From the NCBI GenBank assembly GCA_050178385.1, contig JBFXGD010000046.1, forward strand, positions 1-22,087: 22,087 bases of DNA. The letters run 5' to 3'. The notes beneath the pieces are model-generated. The model had not been told where the DNA came from, searched no databases, and saw nothing but the letters and a program-made list of their open reading frames with translations. Each line of letters opens with the position of its first letter. The stretch's first letter is position 1. Shown one piece after another: positions 1-8,541 of this stretch. The stretch is from Calditrichaceae bacterium. Its GTDB lineage: Bacteria; Calditrichota; Calditrichia; Calditrichales; JBFXGD01. Both the position numbers and the translations under genes were made by a program.

Positions 1-1
1 A

Positions 2-244
2 AAAGAATACATAAGTGAAACTGCATATATTTCGGCAGAAGATTCACTTGCCGCGGGCGGAATCAGGGAAGATGACCTAAAGGCGGTTTATGTTAATCTA
101 TCTAAGACGTTCCATGCGGATAAATCATGGTTGAATGCTTTAAGAATAAGTTTTGACTATGTCTACACCAAAAATGAATCCAATAGCTACTGGTACAATT
201 ATGAAAGTAATCTGTTCGGCGTCGGTATAGATTGGACTTTTTAA
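2..244 (+). CDS. 3' end of a probable outer-membrane beta-barrel protein (partial, starts before the window)
   Basis: Hand translation of frame 2 is open from the edge to TAA at 242-244: KEYISETAYIS...NALRISFDYVYTKNESNSYWYNYESNLFGVGIDWTF*. It shows alternating amphipathic strands and a terminal Phe (BAM beta-signal pattern). Not in the ORF track. Confidence 0.75.
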   Translation, partial: KEYISETAYISAEDSLAAGGIREDDLKAVYVNLSKTFHADKSWLNALRISFDYVYTKNESNSYWYNYESNLFGVGIDWTF

Positions 245-306
245 ATTAAAACTCAGCATGTGATAATAAACTTACATGTCTATAATCGATATTTGAATCG
301 AGAAAA

Positions 307-2304
307 ATGAGAAAATTAATCCGCATTCCATATATGATCATGATCTTCGTGGTTTTGGCGGGTCTTATGCTGATCTCCGCTCTGATCGAGCTGAACCAGA
401 GCAAGAAAGAGCTGTACGAACTGATGGATCAGAACGCGAACTCAATTCTTGAGGCTATTACACAGGCAAGTGTCAATAATCTATCGGCAAATCAGGTTGT
501 TGAATCGGAACTGGCAGACCGGTTGTTGGATAACGCGCGGTTTCTGAATTATCTTGATTCCAAATCGATGTTGAATTCATCCGCAATGATGAAAATAGCC
601 AAAGAAAATCTGCTCCTGGAAATTCTGATCTTTGATAAATCCGGTAAATATGTTAATGGAATTACATCGGGAGATATTAATAAAAAACAAATCGAGACAG
701 AAATGTCGTTTTGGCTGCCTGATATTCTGGAATCGGAAGAGAATGAATATATTATAGGATTTCATAACGAAGGCGGGCAACACCATTATTCTGTCGCGGT
801 TATAAGGAAAAACGGCGGTGTGATCATCGTCAGCATCGATTCGAACGCCCTGCTTCAATTCAGGAAAAAAATCGGCTTCGGAAAATTGATCGCCGAGATT
901 TCCGATAACGAACATGTAGTGTTTCTGGCCTTGCAGGATACGTCCGGAATTCTGGCGGCGACAAAAAATGTCGTTAGTCTGGAGCGAATAGAAGACGATC
1001 CTGTGTTAAAAGATGTTTTTGAGAAGGATATCTCATATTCGAGAGAAAAAAAGTTTAACGATGAAGTGGTGTATGAAGTAATACATCCTTTTGAATATAA
1101 CTCAGAAGTAATAGGTATCTTCAGAATGGGGTTATCGTTAAACGTTGTAGAAGCTATCAATGAGAGAATACTGCGCAGGCTTTTCGTTATTTCCGGAGTG
1201 CTTGTGCTGATCGGATTTTTATTGTTTACACTGATGAGTGTAAAACAGCAGTATGATGTGGTTAATAATCAGTATGGAGTCGTTCAGACATACTACGGCA
1301 GTATTTTGCAAAATATTACGGATGGCGTTGTCTCCTATGATACAAACGGCAGAATTACGATGATTAATAAGGCGGCAGGTGAGATTCTGGGGATCAAATA
1401 CGAAAAGATGCTGGATGATGACATATCAAAACTGCCGGAAGAATTATTTGATCATCAATCTGACGAGCAGGTCCCGGGTGTAAAAGAATTTCTGATGAAG
1501 GGCAAGACGGTCGCGCTGGCGAGGTCTTCCGTAAAAGATCAGAATGGAGATGATTTAACAATGATCCTGGTGCTAAGAGATCTGACGGAACAGCGGCTTC
1601 TTGAGGAACAGATAAGGCAGAAGGAAAAATTATCGGCAATGGGCAAGCTCGCCTCCGGTGTCGCGCACGAAATCAGGAATCCGTTGAACGCGATCAGCAC
1701 TATTGTCCAGCAGTTTGATATTGATTTCGAACCAAAAGAGAACAGCGACGAATATCACAGTCTGGCAAAACTGGTAAGTAATGAGGTCAGACGGCTGAAT
1801 GAAATAATCAATCAGTTTGTGGAATTTGCCCGGCCCAAAAAACCTTCGTTCCGTGAATGTAAAGCAAATGATCTGTTCGATGAGCTCATTCAATTAACAC
1901 GAAAAGACGCGGCGACCAAAAATATTGAGGTTGAGGCAGATATTGATGATCTTGGATTGGTGGTATGGGATTGTGACCAAATCAAACAGGGGCTGTTCAA
2001 TCTTACAAAAAACGCGGTAGAATCATTTGCAAGAAGTGGAATGATAATAATCACCGTGAAAAATCATAAGGACGTCGTAAAAATAAAAATTGAAGATAAC
2101 GGTGATGGTATTCCGGAGGAAAACCTGAATAAAATTTTTGATCTATATTTCACGACTAAAAAATCGGGTACCGGGCTTGGATTGAGTATCGTTCACCGGA
2201 TTATTACAGATCATAAGGGAATAATCAGCGCTGAAAGCAAACCCGGTAAGGGGACTGTTTTTTATGTTCAGTTACCAAAAATAGCGGAGCGGCAAAATGT
2301 CTGA
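307..2304 (+). CDS. Membrane sensor histidine kinase (2 TM, large periplasmic domain, PAS, HisKA, HATPase_c); ZraS/AtoS/NtrB-like
   Basis: TM segments at about aa 8-28 and 292-312. PAS segment DGVVSYDTNGRITMINKAAGEILG, H-box AHEIRNPL, N-box NLTKNAVES, G1 EDNGDGI, F/G2 FDLYFTTKKSGTGLGL. Confidence 0.95.
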   Translation: MRKLIRIPYMIMIFVVLAGLMLISALIELNQSKKELYELMDQNANSILEAITQASVNNLSANQVVESELADRLLDNARFLNYLDSKSMLNSSAMMKIAKENLLLEILIFDKSGKYVNGITSGDINKKQIETEMSFWLPDILESEENEYIIGFHNEGGQHHYSVAVIRKNGGVIIVSIDSNALLQFRKKIGFGKLIAEISDNEHVVFLALQDTSGILAATKNVVSLERIEDDPVLKDVFEKDISYSREKKFNDEVVYEVIHPFEYNSEVIGIFRMGLSLNVVEAINERILRRLFVISGVLVLIGFLLFTLMSVKQQYDVVNNQYGVVQTYYGSILQNITDGVVSYDTNGRITMINKAAGEILGIKYEKMLDDDISKLPEELFDHQSDEQVPGVKEFLMKGKTVALARSSVKDQNGDDLTMILVLRDLTEQRLLEEQIRQKEKLSAMGKLASGVAHEIRNPLNAISTIVQQFDIDFEPKENSDEYHSLAKLVSNEVRRLNEIINQFVEFARPKKPSFRECKANDLFDELIQLTRKDAATKNIEVEADIDDLGLVVWDCDQIKQGLFNLTKNAVESFARSGMIIITVKNHKDVVKIKIEDNGDGIPEENLNKIFDLYFTTKKSGTGLGLSIVHRIITDHKGIISAESKPGKGTVFYVQLPKIAERQNV

Positions 2305-3673
2305 TTTTAGAATTCTGTTAATTGATGATGAACCCGCGCAGCTTGCTTCAATCGAAGCATTTTTAAAGAGACGGAAATTCTCAGTCATGACCGCGGGTTC
2401 GGGTACAGAAGGTCTGAAAATAGTTAAGGATAATAACATTGATCTTGTATTTACCGATTTCCGGATGCCCGATTTGACCGGCTTACAGGTGGTGCAGGAG
2501 ATCAATAAATTTAATCCCGAAATACCCGTGGTTGTGATAACGGCTTACGGTCTGATTGAAGACGCGGTAACCGTGATGAAGTCCGGAGCATTTGATTATC
2601 TTTCAAAACCGGTTGATTTGGCGGAACTGGAAATTCTGATCGGGCGGGCAAAAGAGCGGCGATATCTGATATCCGAAAACAGAATGCTGAAAGAACAGTT
2701 GATGGAGAAGTATAAGTTTGATTCCATCATCTCACAGAGCGGCGAGATGGAACAGGTACTGAACACATCCGGCCGGGTCGCGAAGAGCAAAGCCACCGTA
2801 TTAATCAGAGGAGAGAGCGGAACCGGTAAAGAGCTGATCGCGAAGGCGATTCATTTCGCGAGTGACCGGAAAGATCAACCGCTTGTGACGGTGAACTGTG
2901 CAGCGCTTTCTGAAAATCTTCTTGAGAGTGAGCTGTTCGGTCATGAAAAAGGATCCTTCACAGGCGCGGTTTCACAGCGTATAGGGCGGTTTGAGCAGGC
3001 AGACGGCGGAACATTATTTATCGACGAAGTCGGTGATATACCGCTTTTGACACAGGTGAAGCTGCTGAGGGCATTACAATTTGGTGAATATGAACGTGTA
3101 GGAGGTTCAAAAACCATAAAAGTTGATGTCCGTGTTTTAACCGCGACAAACAGGAATCTTGAAGAAATGATTCAGCAGGGGGCATTCCGGGAGGATCTGT
3201 TTTATCGGATCAATGTGGTAACGATTAACATACCTCCGCTGCGTGAACGAAAATCGGATATACCCGTCTTGATCCGGTATTTTGTCGAAAAGTATTCCGG
3301 AGAAAATGGCAAGAATGTTCAGGGAATCAGTAAGGAGGCTCAGGATTATCTGTTGCGCTATCATTTTCCTGGAAATATTCGCGAACTGGAAAATATCATC
3401 GAGAGGGCTGTCGTTTTCGCCCGTGATGAAATCATTACAACGGAAGATTTACCACCCGGTTTGAGCACATCTTCTGAAAAATCGGTTCTGGATCCATTGA
3501 ATTTTGCCGATGATTATGTGTCGAAAGTTTCGGCCTATGAAACAGTGATGATCGAAGAGGCGTTAAAAGTCAAGAACGGAAATCAGAGCCAGGCTGCGAA
3601 ATTATTGGGTATTTCAGAACGTCATTTGCGGTCGAGAATGCAGAAATTAAATATTATCAATACTTTAAAGTAA
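2297..3673 (+). CDS. Sigma54-dependent response regulator (REC-AAA+-Fis HTH), NtrC/ZraR family
   Basis: REC motifs LLIDDE, FTDFRMP and YLSKP. Walker A GESGTGKE, ESELFGHEKGSFTGA loop, Walker B FIDEV, FREDLFYRINV, C-terminal NQSQAAKLLGISERHL. Overlaps the kinase by 8 bp, suggesting translational coupling. Confidence 0.96.
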   Translation: MSDFRILLIDDEPAQLASIEAFLKRRKFSVMTAGSGTEGLKIVKDNNIDLVFTDFRMPDLTGLQVVQEINKFNPEIPVVVITAYGLIEDAVTVMKSGAFDYLSKPVDLAELEILIGRAKERRYLISENRMLKEQLMEKYKFDSIISQSGEMEQVLNTSGRVAKSKATVLIRGESGTGKELIAKAIHFASDRKDQPLVTVNCAALSENLLESELFGHEKGSFTGAVSQRIGRFEQADGGTLFIDEVGDIPLLTQVKLLRALQFGEYERVGGSKTIKVDVRVLTATNRNLEEMIQQGAFREDLFYRINVVTINIPPLRERKSDIPVLIRYFVEKYSGENGKNVQGISKEAQDYLLRYHFPGNIRELENIIERAVVFARDEIITTEDLPPGLSTSSEKSVLDPLNFADDYVSKVSAYETVMIEEALKVKNGNQSQAAKLLGISERHLRSRMQKLNIINTLK

Positions 3674-3751
3674 AAAAATGTGTATAGAAAAATAATAATC
3701 TGATTAAAGGAAAATAATTTTGAATATAAACAATTTATCAGGGAGGCGCGG

Positions 3752-4075
3752 ATGAAAACCTTTATTCTGGCGGTATTTTTTCTGCTCGGATTTAGTTTAT
3801 CTACATTTGCCCAATCGACGGATTCCACCAAAGCCGAAAAAAAGGAAGTTAAAAAAGAACTAAACAAGGATGACAATCAGGAAGGCTGGGTTGATGAGGA
3901 CGGCGATGGTATCGATGACCGTGTGAACGCGCGCGCGGAGGGAAAGGGAAAACACAAGGGAAAAGGAAGGGATGTTTTTATCGATAATGACGGGGACGGG
4001 ATCTCCGACGGCCGGGAGGGTGATCTGTCGATGAAACGATTCAGAAAAGGCCGAAGCGGCGGTGGCGGTAAATAG
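3752..4075 (+). CDS. Small secreted protein with two DxDGDG (putative Ca-binding) motifs
   Basis: GGAGG SD upstream. Signal peptide MKTFILAVFFLLGFSLSTFA/Q. Motifs VDEDGDGIDD and IDNDGDGISD, each followed by a Lys/Arg/Gly-rich tract. Confidence 0.8.
   Translation: MKTFILAVFFLLGFSLSTFAQSTDSTKAEKKEVKKELNKDDNQEGWVDEDGDGIDDRVNARAEGKGKHKGKGRDVFIDNDGDGISDGREGDLSMKRFRKGRSGGGGK
3890..4009 (+). repeat. Two degenerate intragenic repeats encoding DxDGDGIxD, 90 bp apart
   Basis: gttgatgaggacggcgatggtatcgatgac (3890-3919) and atcgataatgacggggacgggatctccgac (3980-4009). Confidence 0.7.
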
Positions 4076-4144
4076 TATCCGAATTTTCCGGACAATTTTA
4101 GATTTAAATTTCTTCATCACTCTTATTCCCGGGGGTAGATTGAC

Positions 4145-4636
4145 GTGATACTAAGAGAAGATGGTATCCGCATCATATCAGTAAATATTGAAGATTCTGC
4201 GCTGGAAGAATTATTAAACGACAGTTCCGCATTAAAATATTTGTCCGAGACCAGGATGCACACCGAAAAAATGCCTGCTGTCGTGATGTTTGCCATCAAG
4301 AAAGAGAATCAGTTGATCGGTGAAGTGAGTTTACGGAATATAAAATGGTATAACAGAAAGGCTGAACTCAGCATCTTTATCGCGGATAAATATCAGGGAA
4401 AAGGATACGGGAAAACAGCTTTACTCGCTGTCATAAAATATGCTTTTGAAACAATGAATTTTTACCGTCTTGAGGCTGAAGTGGTGGATTATAACGATCG
4501 GGCCAGGAAGATGATAGAGAAGATGGGTTTTATCCCTGAGGGGAGATTAAGGGAAGCGAAATATTATGACGGAAAATACTATGATATTCTGCGATATGGA
4601 TTCTTAAAAACAGAATATAATGAAAAATACAAATAA
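4145..4636 (+). CDS. GNAT N-acetyltransferase, RimJ/RimL/SpeG-like
   Basis: Acetyl-CoA binding motif YQGKGYG, plus YAFETMNFYRLEAEV, YNDRARKMIEKMGF and EGRLRE...DGKYYD. GTG start. Confidence 0.9.
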   Translation: MILREDGIRIISVNIEDSALEELLNDSSALKYLSETRMHTEKMPAVVMFAIKKENQLIGEVSLRNIKWYNRKAELSIFIADKYQGKGYGKTALLAVIKYAFETMNFYRLEAEVVDYNDRARKMIEKMGFIPEGRLREAKYYDGKYYDILRYGFLKTEYNEKYK

Positions 4637-4674
4637 CGACAGACAATCAGACGGATAAACGGAACCGGATCAAT

Positions 4675-5343
4675 ATGACAGATACTCTTCAGGCCTACTT
4701 ACAACCAACTTATTTTATCGACAGCGACTCACCTGAAATTGTTGAATACGGCTTAGAATTAACAAAAAGCGAAAAAACCGATTTAAAGAAAGCCGTCAGA
4801 CTTTATTATGCTGTTCGCGACGGTTTCCGTTATGATCCGTATAAAATTGATTTGGATCGGAAAGCATTCAGGGCGAGCAGTGTTTTAAAGAAGGGATACG
4901 GATTCTGTATAAATAAAGCGGTGTTGCTGACAGCCGCCGCGCGCTCAGCGGGAATTCCGGCGAGACTGGGATTTGCCGATGTCAAGAATCATCTGACATC
5001 GAAAAAACTGACTGAATTAATGCAAACGGATGAATTCTTATATCACGGATATTCCGAATTGTTTTTGGATCATAAATGGGTAAAAGCGACACCGGCGTTC
5101 AATCTCAGATTATGCAGGAGATTCAATGTGAAGCCTTTGGAGTTTGACGGGACCACCGATTCCGTTTTTCATGAATATGATACAAACGGAAACCGGCATA
5201 TGGAGTATATTAGGGAACATGGAAGTTTTGCTGATCTCCCTTACGACCGCATATATTCAGCGTACAGAAAACATTATCCTTTGCTTTTTTCCATGAAATC
5301 AGGATTCGTTGAAACTGATTTTGAATTGGATGCTGAAAAATAA
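4675..5343 (+). CDS. Transglutaminase-like (putative cysteine protease) protein
   Basis: YLQPTYFIDSDSPEI N-terminus, catalytic Cys region GFCINKAVLLTAAARSAGIPARL, His in HGYSE, and WVKATPAFN. Confidence 0.9.
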   Translation: MTDTLQAYLQPTYFIDSDSPEIVEYGLELTKSEKTDLKKAVRLYYAVRDGFRYDPYKIDLDRKAFRASSVLKKGYGFCINKAVLLTAAARSAGIPARLGFADVKNHLTSKKLTELMQTDEFLYHGYSELFLDHKWVKATPAFNLRLCRRFNVKPLEFDGTTDSVFHEYDTNGNRHMEYIREHGSFADLPYDRIYSAYRKHYPLLFSMKSGFVETDFELDAEK

Positions 5344-5509
5344 CTTCCGGGTAAAACAGATATCCGGGAAAGATGATTGTAAATGATGATCCTGAAAAGC
5401 ATCCCGATTGACAGCCTTAACCGGGGCAATAACAATTTTTTGCTTGCATAAAACCCGCAATTTGTCCATTTTAAAAACAACCTTAAGTAAATAAATTCAA
5501 GAGATCAAT

Positions 5510-6229
5510 ATGCGCTTGCCGGAATCCTGGGAAATCCTGCTCAATCCGCATCTGAATATGGTTGAGTTTTATAATTCACTGGATGGATTTACTAAACATT
5601 ATGAAGTGCTGATCCCTGAAAGGCATTCAATATTTAGAGCCTTTCATCTGGTCAGTCCGGACCGGGTCAAATGTGTTTTGTATGGAGAAGATCCGTATCC
5701 CAGGCTCTCATCAGCATGTGGCATCGCCTTTTGGGACAAGGAAATAGCCACCTGGGATGATAAAACAAACGGGAATTCTTTAAAAAATATGTTAAAAGCC
5801 ATGCTTACGGCTGAAGAATATGCTGATTACAGGACACCGATCGCCGAGTGCAGAAAGATCGCCCGCGGCATTAATTATAAATCGCCGGGAGAATTATTTT
5901 CCCACTGGATTGATCAGGGGATATTTTTATTGAATACTTCACTGACTTTTTCGAACAAAACAGATAAAAAGGCGCATTTTCAGTTCTGGCGGCCGTTTCA
6001 AAAAGCAGTAATAAAATTGCTGAACAATAGAGAAGAAAGTCCGGTGTATATATTATGGGGTAATAAAGCCGGAAACTGGGAAAAAGACATTCTTGAAACC
6101 ATCGATGATTCATCGAAAATTATCAGACAGGGGCATCCGACTTTTATTCATCAGTTTATGGATCCGGAAAATATCACCTATTCACCATTTAATGAAATCA
6201 TCCGGAAAACGGGTCTGGTCTGGATATAG
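5510..6229 (+). CDS. Divergent family-1 uracil-DNA glycosylase-like protein
   Basis: IFRAF, VKCVLYGEDPYP (canonical GQDPYH), ACGIAF, WIDQGIFLLNTSLT, ILWG and GHPT (canonical HPS) align in order with E. coli Ung motifs. Confidence 0.85.
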   Translation: MRLPESWEILLNPHLNMVEFYNSLDGFTKHYEVLIPERHSIFRAFHLVSPDRVKCVLYGEDPYPRLSSACGIAFWDKEIATWDDKTNGNSLKNMLKAMLTAEEYADYRTPIAECRKIARGINYKSPGELFSHWIDQGIFLLNTSLTFSNKTDKKAHFQFWRPFQKAVIKLLNNREESPVYILWGNKAGNWEKDILETIDDSSKIIRQGHPTFIHQFMDPENITYSPFNEIIRKTGLVWI

Positions 6230-6305
6230 GTTTATCGCCGGAAATGCTTTGCTGATTATGGTTTTTCTAAAAAAAGGTAAATATGCATTCCGGGCTTGGT
6301 TTGGC

Positions 6306-6334
6306 TTGCAATATGGAGCTCGATTATATATATT
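6306..6334 (+). promoter_or_regulatory. Candidate sigma70 promoter for the DHS-like gene
   Basis: TTGCAA (6306-6311), 17 bp, TATATT (6329-6334), about 50 bp upstream of ATG 6386. Confidence 0.5.
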
Positions 6335-6385
6335 GAGCCCGCTAAAAAAAGTGATCAATTCTTTTGAAAGAAATGGGAGAATAAA

Positions 6386-7426
6386 ATGAAAAAACAGGAT
6401 TACCTTAAACAAAAAGTCGAACATATCGACATCACTCAATATAACGTTGTTCCTATGGTTGATGCCATGGGGAAAATGGCTTTTCAGGCGAGAAATCTTC
6501 ACCGTGCGTCGCATATCTTTGATATGATGCAAAAAGATAAGGAAGTTGTTGTTTTCCTTACGCTGGCGGGATCGCTGATAAGCGCGGGATTAAAAAAGGC
6601 CGTTCTTACTCTTGTTGAAAATAATATGGTTGACGCGATTGTCTCTACAGGCGCGAATATTGTGGATCAGGACTTTTTTGAAGGTCTGGGATTTTCACAT
6701 TATGTGGGGACACCTTTTGTAAATGATCACGAATTGCGTGAATTGATGATTGACCGGATATATGATACTTATATTGATGAAGAAGATCTCCGGGTTTGTG
6801 ATGAAAGCATCTCAAAAATTTGTACAGACCTGGAAAAACGGCCATATTCTTCAAGAGAATTTATAAAAGAAATGGGCCGGTATCTTGATGAGCATGATCA
6901 GTATGCGGATTCCAGAGAAGAGTCAATCGTATATCAGTGCTACAAAAAAGGGGTACCGATCTTTGTGCCGGCATTTTCTGATTGTTCCGCGGGATTTGGT
7001 CTTGTTCACCATCAATATTACGCGAAAGGTCCCAAATTAACGATTGACTCGGCAGCTGATTTTTTGGAAATCACAAAGATAAAACTGGAACATCAGGAAT
7101 CAGGTATTTTTATGCTTGGCGGCGGTGTGCCGAAGAATTTTGTTCAGGATATTGTTGTTGCCACCGAAATGATAGATCAGCCGGCTCCAATGCACAAATA
7201 CGCGATACAGATAACCGTTGCTGATGAACGCGACGGCGGACTGTCCGGATCGACCCTGAAAGAGGCGTGCTCATGGGGTAAAGTCGATACCGTCAACGAG
7301 CAGATGGTTTTTGCAGAGGCGTCCATGGCGTTTCCGTTGATCGCCGGATATGGGTATCACAAGAGGAATTGGGAAGGCAGAAAAGAAAAAAGGCTGAATG
7401 ATATTTTTGCGGAAGTCGAAGCCTGA
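6386..7426 (+). CDS. Deoxyhypusine synthase family protein (bacterial DHS-like, probably homospermidine pathway, SpeY-like)
   Basis: AFQARNL, LAGSLISAG, IVSTGAN, IDRIYD, PAFSDCSAG, GGGVPKNF and DGGLSGSTLKEACSWGK, with the catalytic Lys retained. Confidence 0.92.
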   Translation: MKKQDYLKQKVEHIDITQYNVVPMVDAMGKMAFQARNLHRASHIFDMMQKDKEVVVFLTLAGSLISAGLKKAVLTLVENNMVDAIVSTGANIVDQDFFEGLGFSHYVGTPFVNDHELRELMIDRIYDTYIDEEDLRVCDESISKICTDLEKRPYSSREFIKEMGRYLDEHDQYADSREESIVYQCYKKGVPIFVPAFSDCSAGFGLVHHQYYAKGPKLTIDSAADFLEITKIKLEHQESGIFMLGGGVPKNFVQDIVVATEMIDQPAPMHKYAIQITVADERDGGLSGSTLKEACSWGKVDTVNEQMVFAEASMAFPLIAGYGYHKRNWEGRKEKRLNDIFAEVEA

Positions 7427-7456
7427 ACTTAAATTCGGAATTAATTAAGACGTTTA

Positions 7457-7486
7457 ACAGGCACGGATTTGTGCCTGTATTTTTTT
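7457..7486 (+). terminator. Intrinsic terminator after the DHS-like gene
   Basis: ACAGGCAC-ggattt-GTGCCTGT (8-bp stem) followed by A and T7. Confidence 0.75.
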
Positions 7487-7519
7487 CAATTTGTAATTGA
7501 AGCACTGGGGTATTATAAA

Positions 7520-8482
7520 ATGATCATTATTACCGGAGCCGCGGGTTTTATAGGGAGCTGTGTCGTATCAAAACTGAATAAGGAAGGCGTGAATGACATC
7601 ATAGCCGTCGACGCGCTCAGGGAAAATGATAAGTGGAAAAATCTGCGAAATCTGAGTTTCTCGGATTATCTGGACCGGGATCAGCTGTATTCATACCTAC
7701 AGCAGAATCTTAAAGTTGATGCGATTATCCACATGGGAGCGTGCAGCGCGACCACCGAAAAAGACGCCAATTATCTGATGGAGAATAATTACCGCTACAC
7801 ACTCCGTCTTGCGGAATATTCAGTACAAAATAATGTCAGATTTATTTATGCCAGTTCAGCCGCCACATATGGCTCCGGGGAAACGGGGTATGATGATGAC
7901 GAAAGCGCTCTTCATACGCTGCAGCCTCTTAATATGTATGGTTATTCAAAACAGATATTTGATCTCAAGGCCCGGCGTGAAGGCTGGTTTGATAAAATGA
8001 CGGGTTTGAAATTTTTTAATGTTTACGGTCCGAATGAGTATTTCAAAGATGATATGTCATCGGTTGTGTTTAAAGCCTTTAATCAGATAAATGAAACCGG
8101 TTCCGTTAAATTGTTCAAATCGCACCGGCCTGATTTCAAAGACGGAGAGCAGCTGCGTGATTTTGTCTATATCACTGATGTAGTGAATGTTATCTGGTAT
8201 CTTCTTAACAATCCAAAGGTCAACGGTCTTTATAATGTTGGAAGCGGTAAAGCGCGCAGCTTTAAAGATCTTGTGACCGCTACATTTAAGGCGATGAATT
8301 TAGAAACAAATATCAAATATATCGATATGCCGGAAAATATCCGTGATCGGTACCAGTATTATACACAGGCTGAAATATCAAAATTACGGAAAACGGGATA
8401 TGATCAGAAGATGCATTCACTTGAAGAAGGTATCACCGATTATGTCCGGAATTATCTGATGAACGGGTATAAGCATTATTAA
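7520..8482 (+). CDS. rfaD: ADP-L-glycero-D-manno-heptose 6-epimerase
   Basis: MIIITGAAGFIGS, HMGACSATTE, YASSAATYG, PLNMYGYSK, FFNVYGPNE, GEQLRDFVY, YQYYTQA. Start moved from 7469 to ATG 7520 because the extension overlaps the terminator and homologues begin MIIxTG. Confidence 0.95.
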   Translation: MIIITGAAGFIGSCVVSKLNKEGVNDIIAVDALRENDKWKNLRNLSFSDYLDRDQLYSYLQQNLKVDAIIHMGACSATTEKDANYLMENNYRYTLRLAEYSVQNNVRFIYASSAATYGSGETGYDDDESALHTLQPLNMYGYSKQIFDLKARREGWFDKMTGLKFFNVYGPNEYFKDDMSSVVFKAFNQINETGSVKLFKSHRPDFKDGEQLRDFVYITDVVNVIWYLLNNPKVNGLYNVGSGKARSFKDLVTATFKAMNLETNIKYIDMPENIRDRYQYYTQAEISKLRKTGYDQKMHSLEEGITDYVRNYLMNGYKHY

Positions 8483-8486
8483 AGAA

Positions 8487-8517
8487 AAATCTCCCCGTGT
8501 TTGACGCGGAGAGATTT
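8487..8517. terminator. Hairpin between convergent rfaD and ferredoxin genes; likely terminator, stronger on the minus strand
   Basis: AAATCTC-c-CCGTGT-ttg-ACGCGG-a-GAGATTT. The A-rich left flank gives a U tract on the minus strand. Confidence 0.55.
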
Positions 8518-8541
8518 ATATATAGGAAGATATATCTTATT

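Noticed and set aside
257..286. CATGT-N12-ACATG inverted repeat next to TATAAT upstream of the kinase
   Set aside because: Arms are only 5 bp and there is no clear -35, so it cannot be distinguished from chance.
2959..2970. GSFTGA instead of GAFTGA in the sigma54 activator (approximate position)
   Set aside because: A common functional variant; the critical Phe and Thr are intact.
3674..3751. Searched for a sigma54 -24/-12 promoter upstream of the small secreted protein and in other intergenic regions
   Set aside because: No GG-N10-GC with TGGCAC/TTGC context found by eye. AGGCACGGATTTGT at 7459 has the wrong spacing and is part of a terminator stem.
7469..7519. N-terminal extension of rfaD in the ORF track
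   Set aside because: It overlaps the terminator, and homologues start at MIIxTG (7520).
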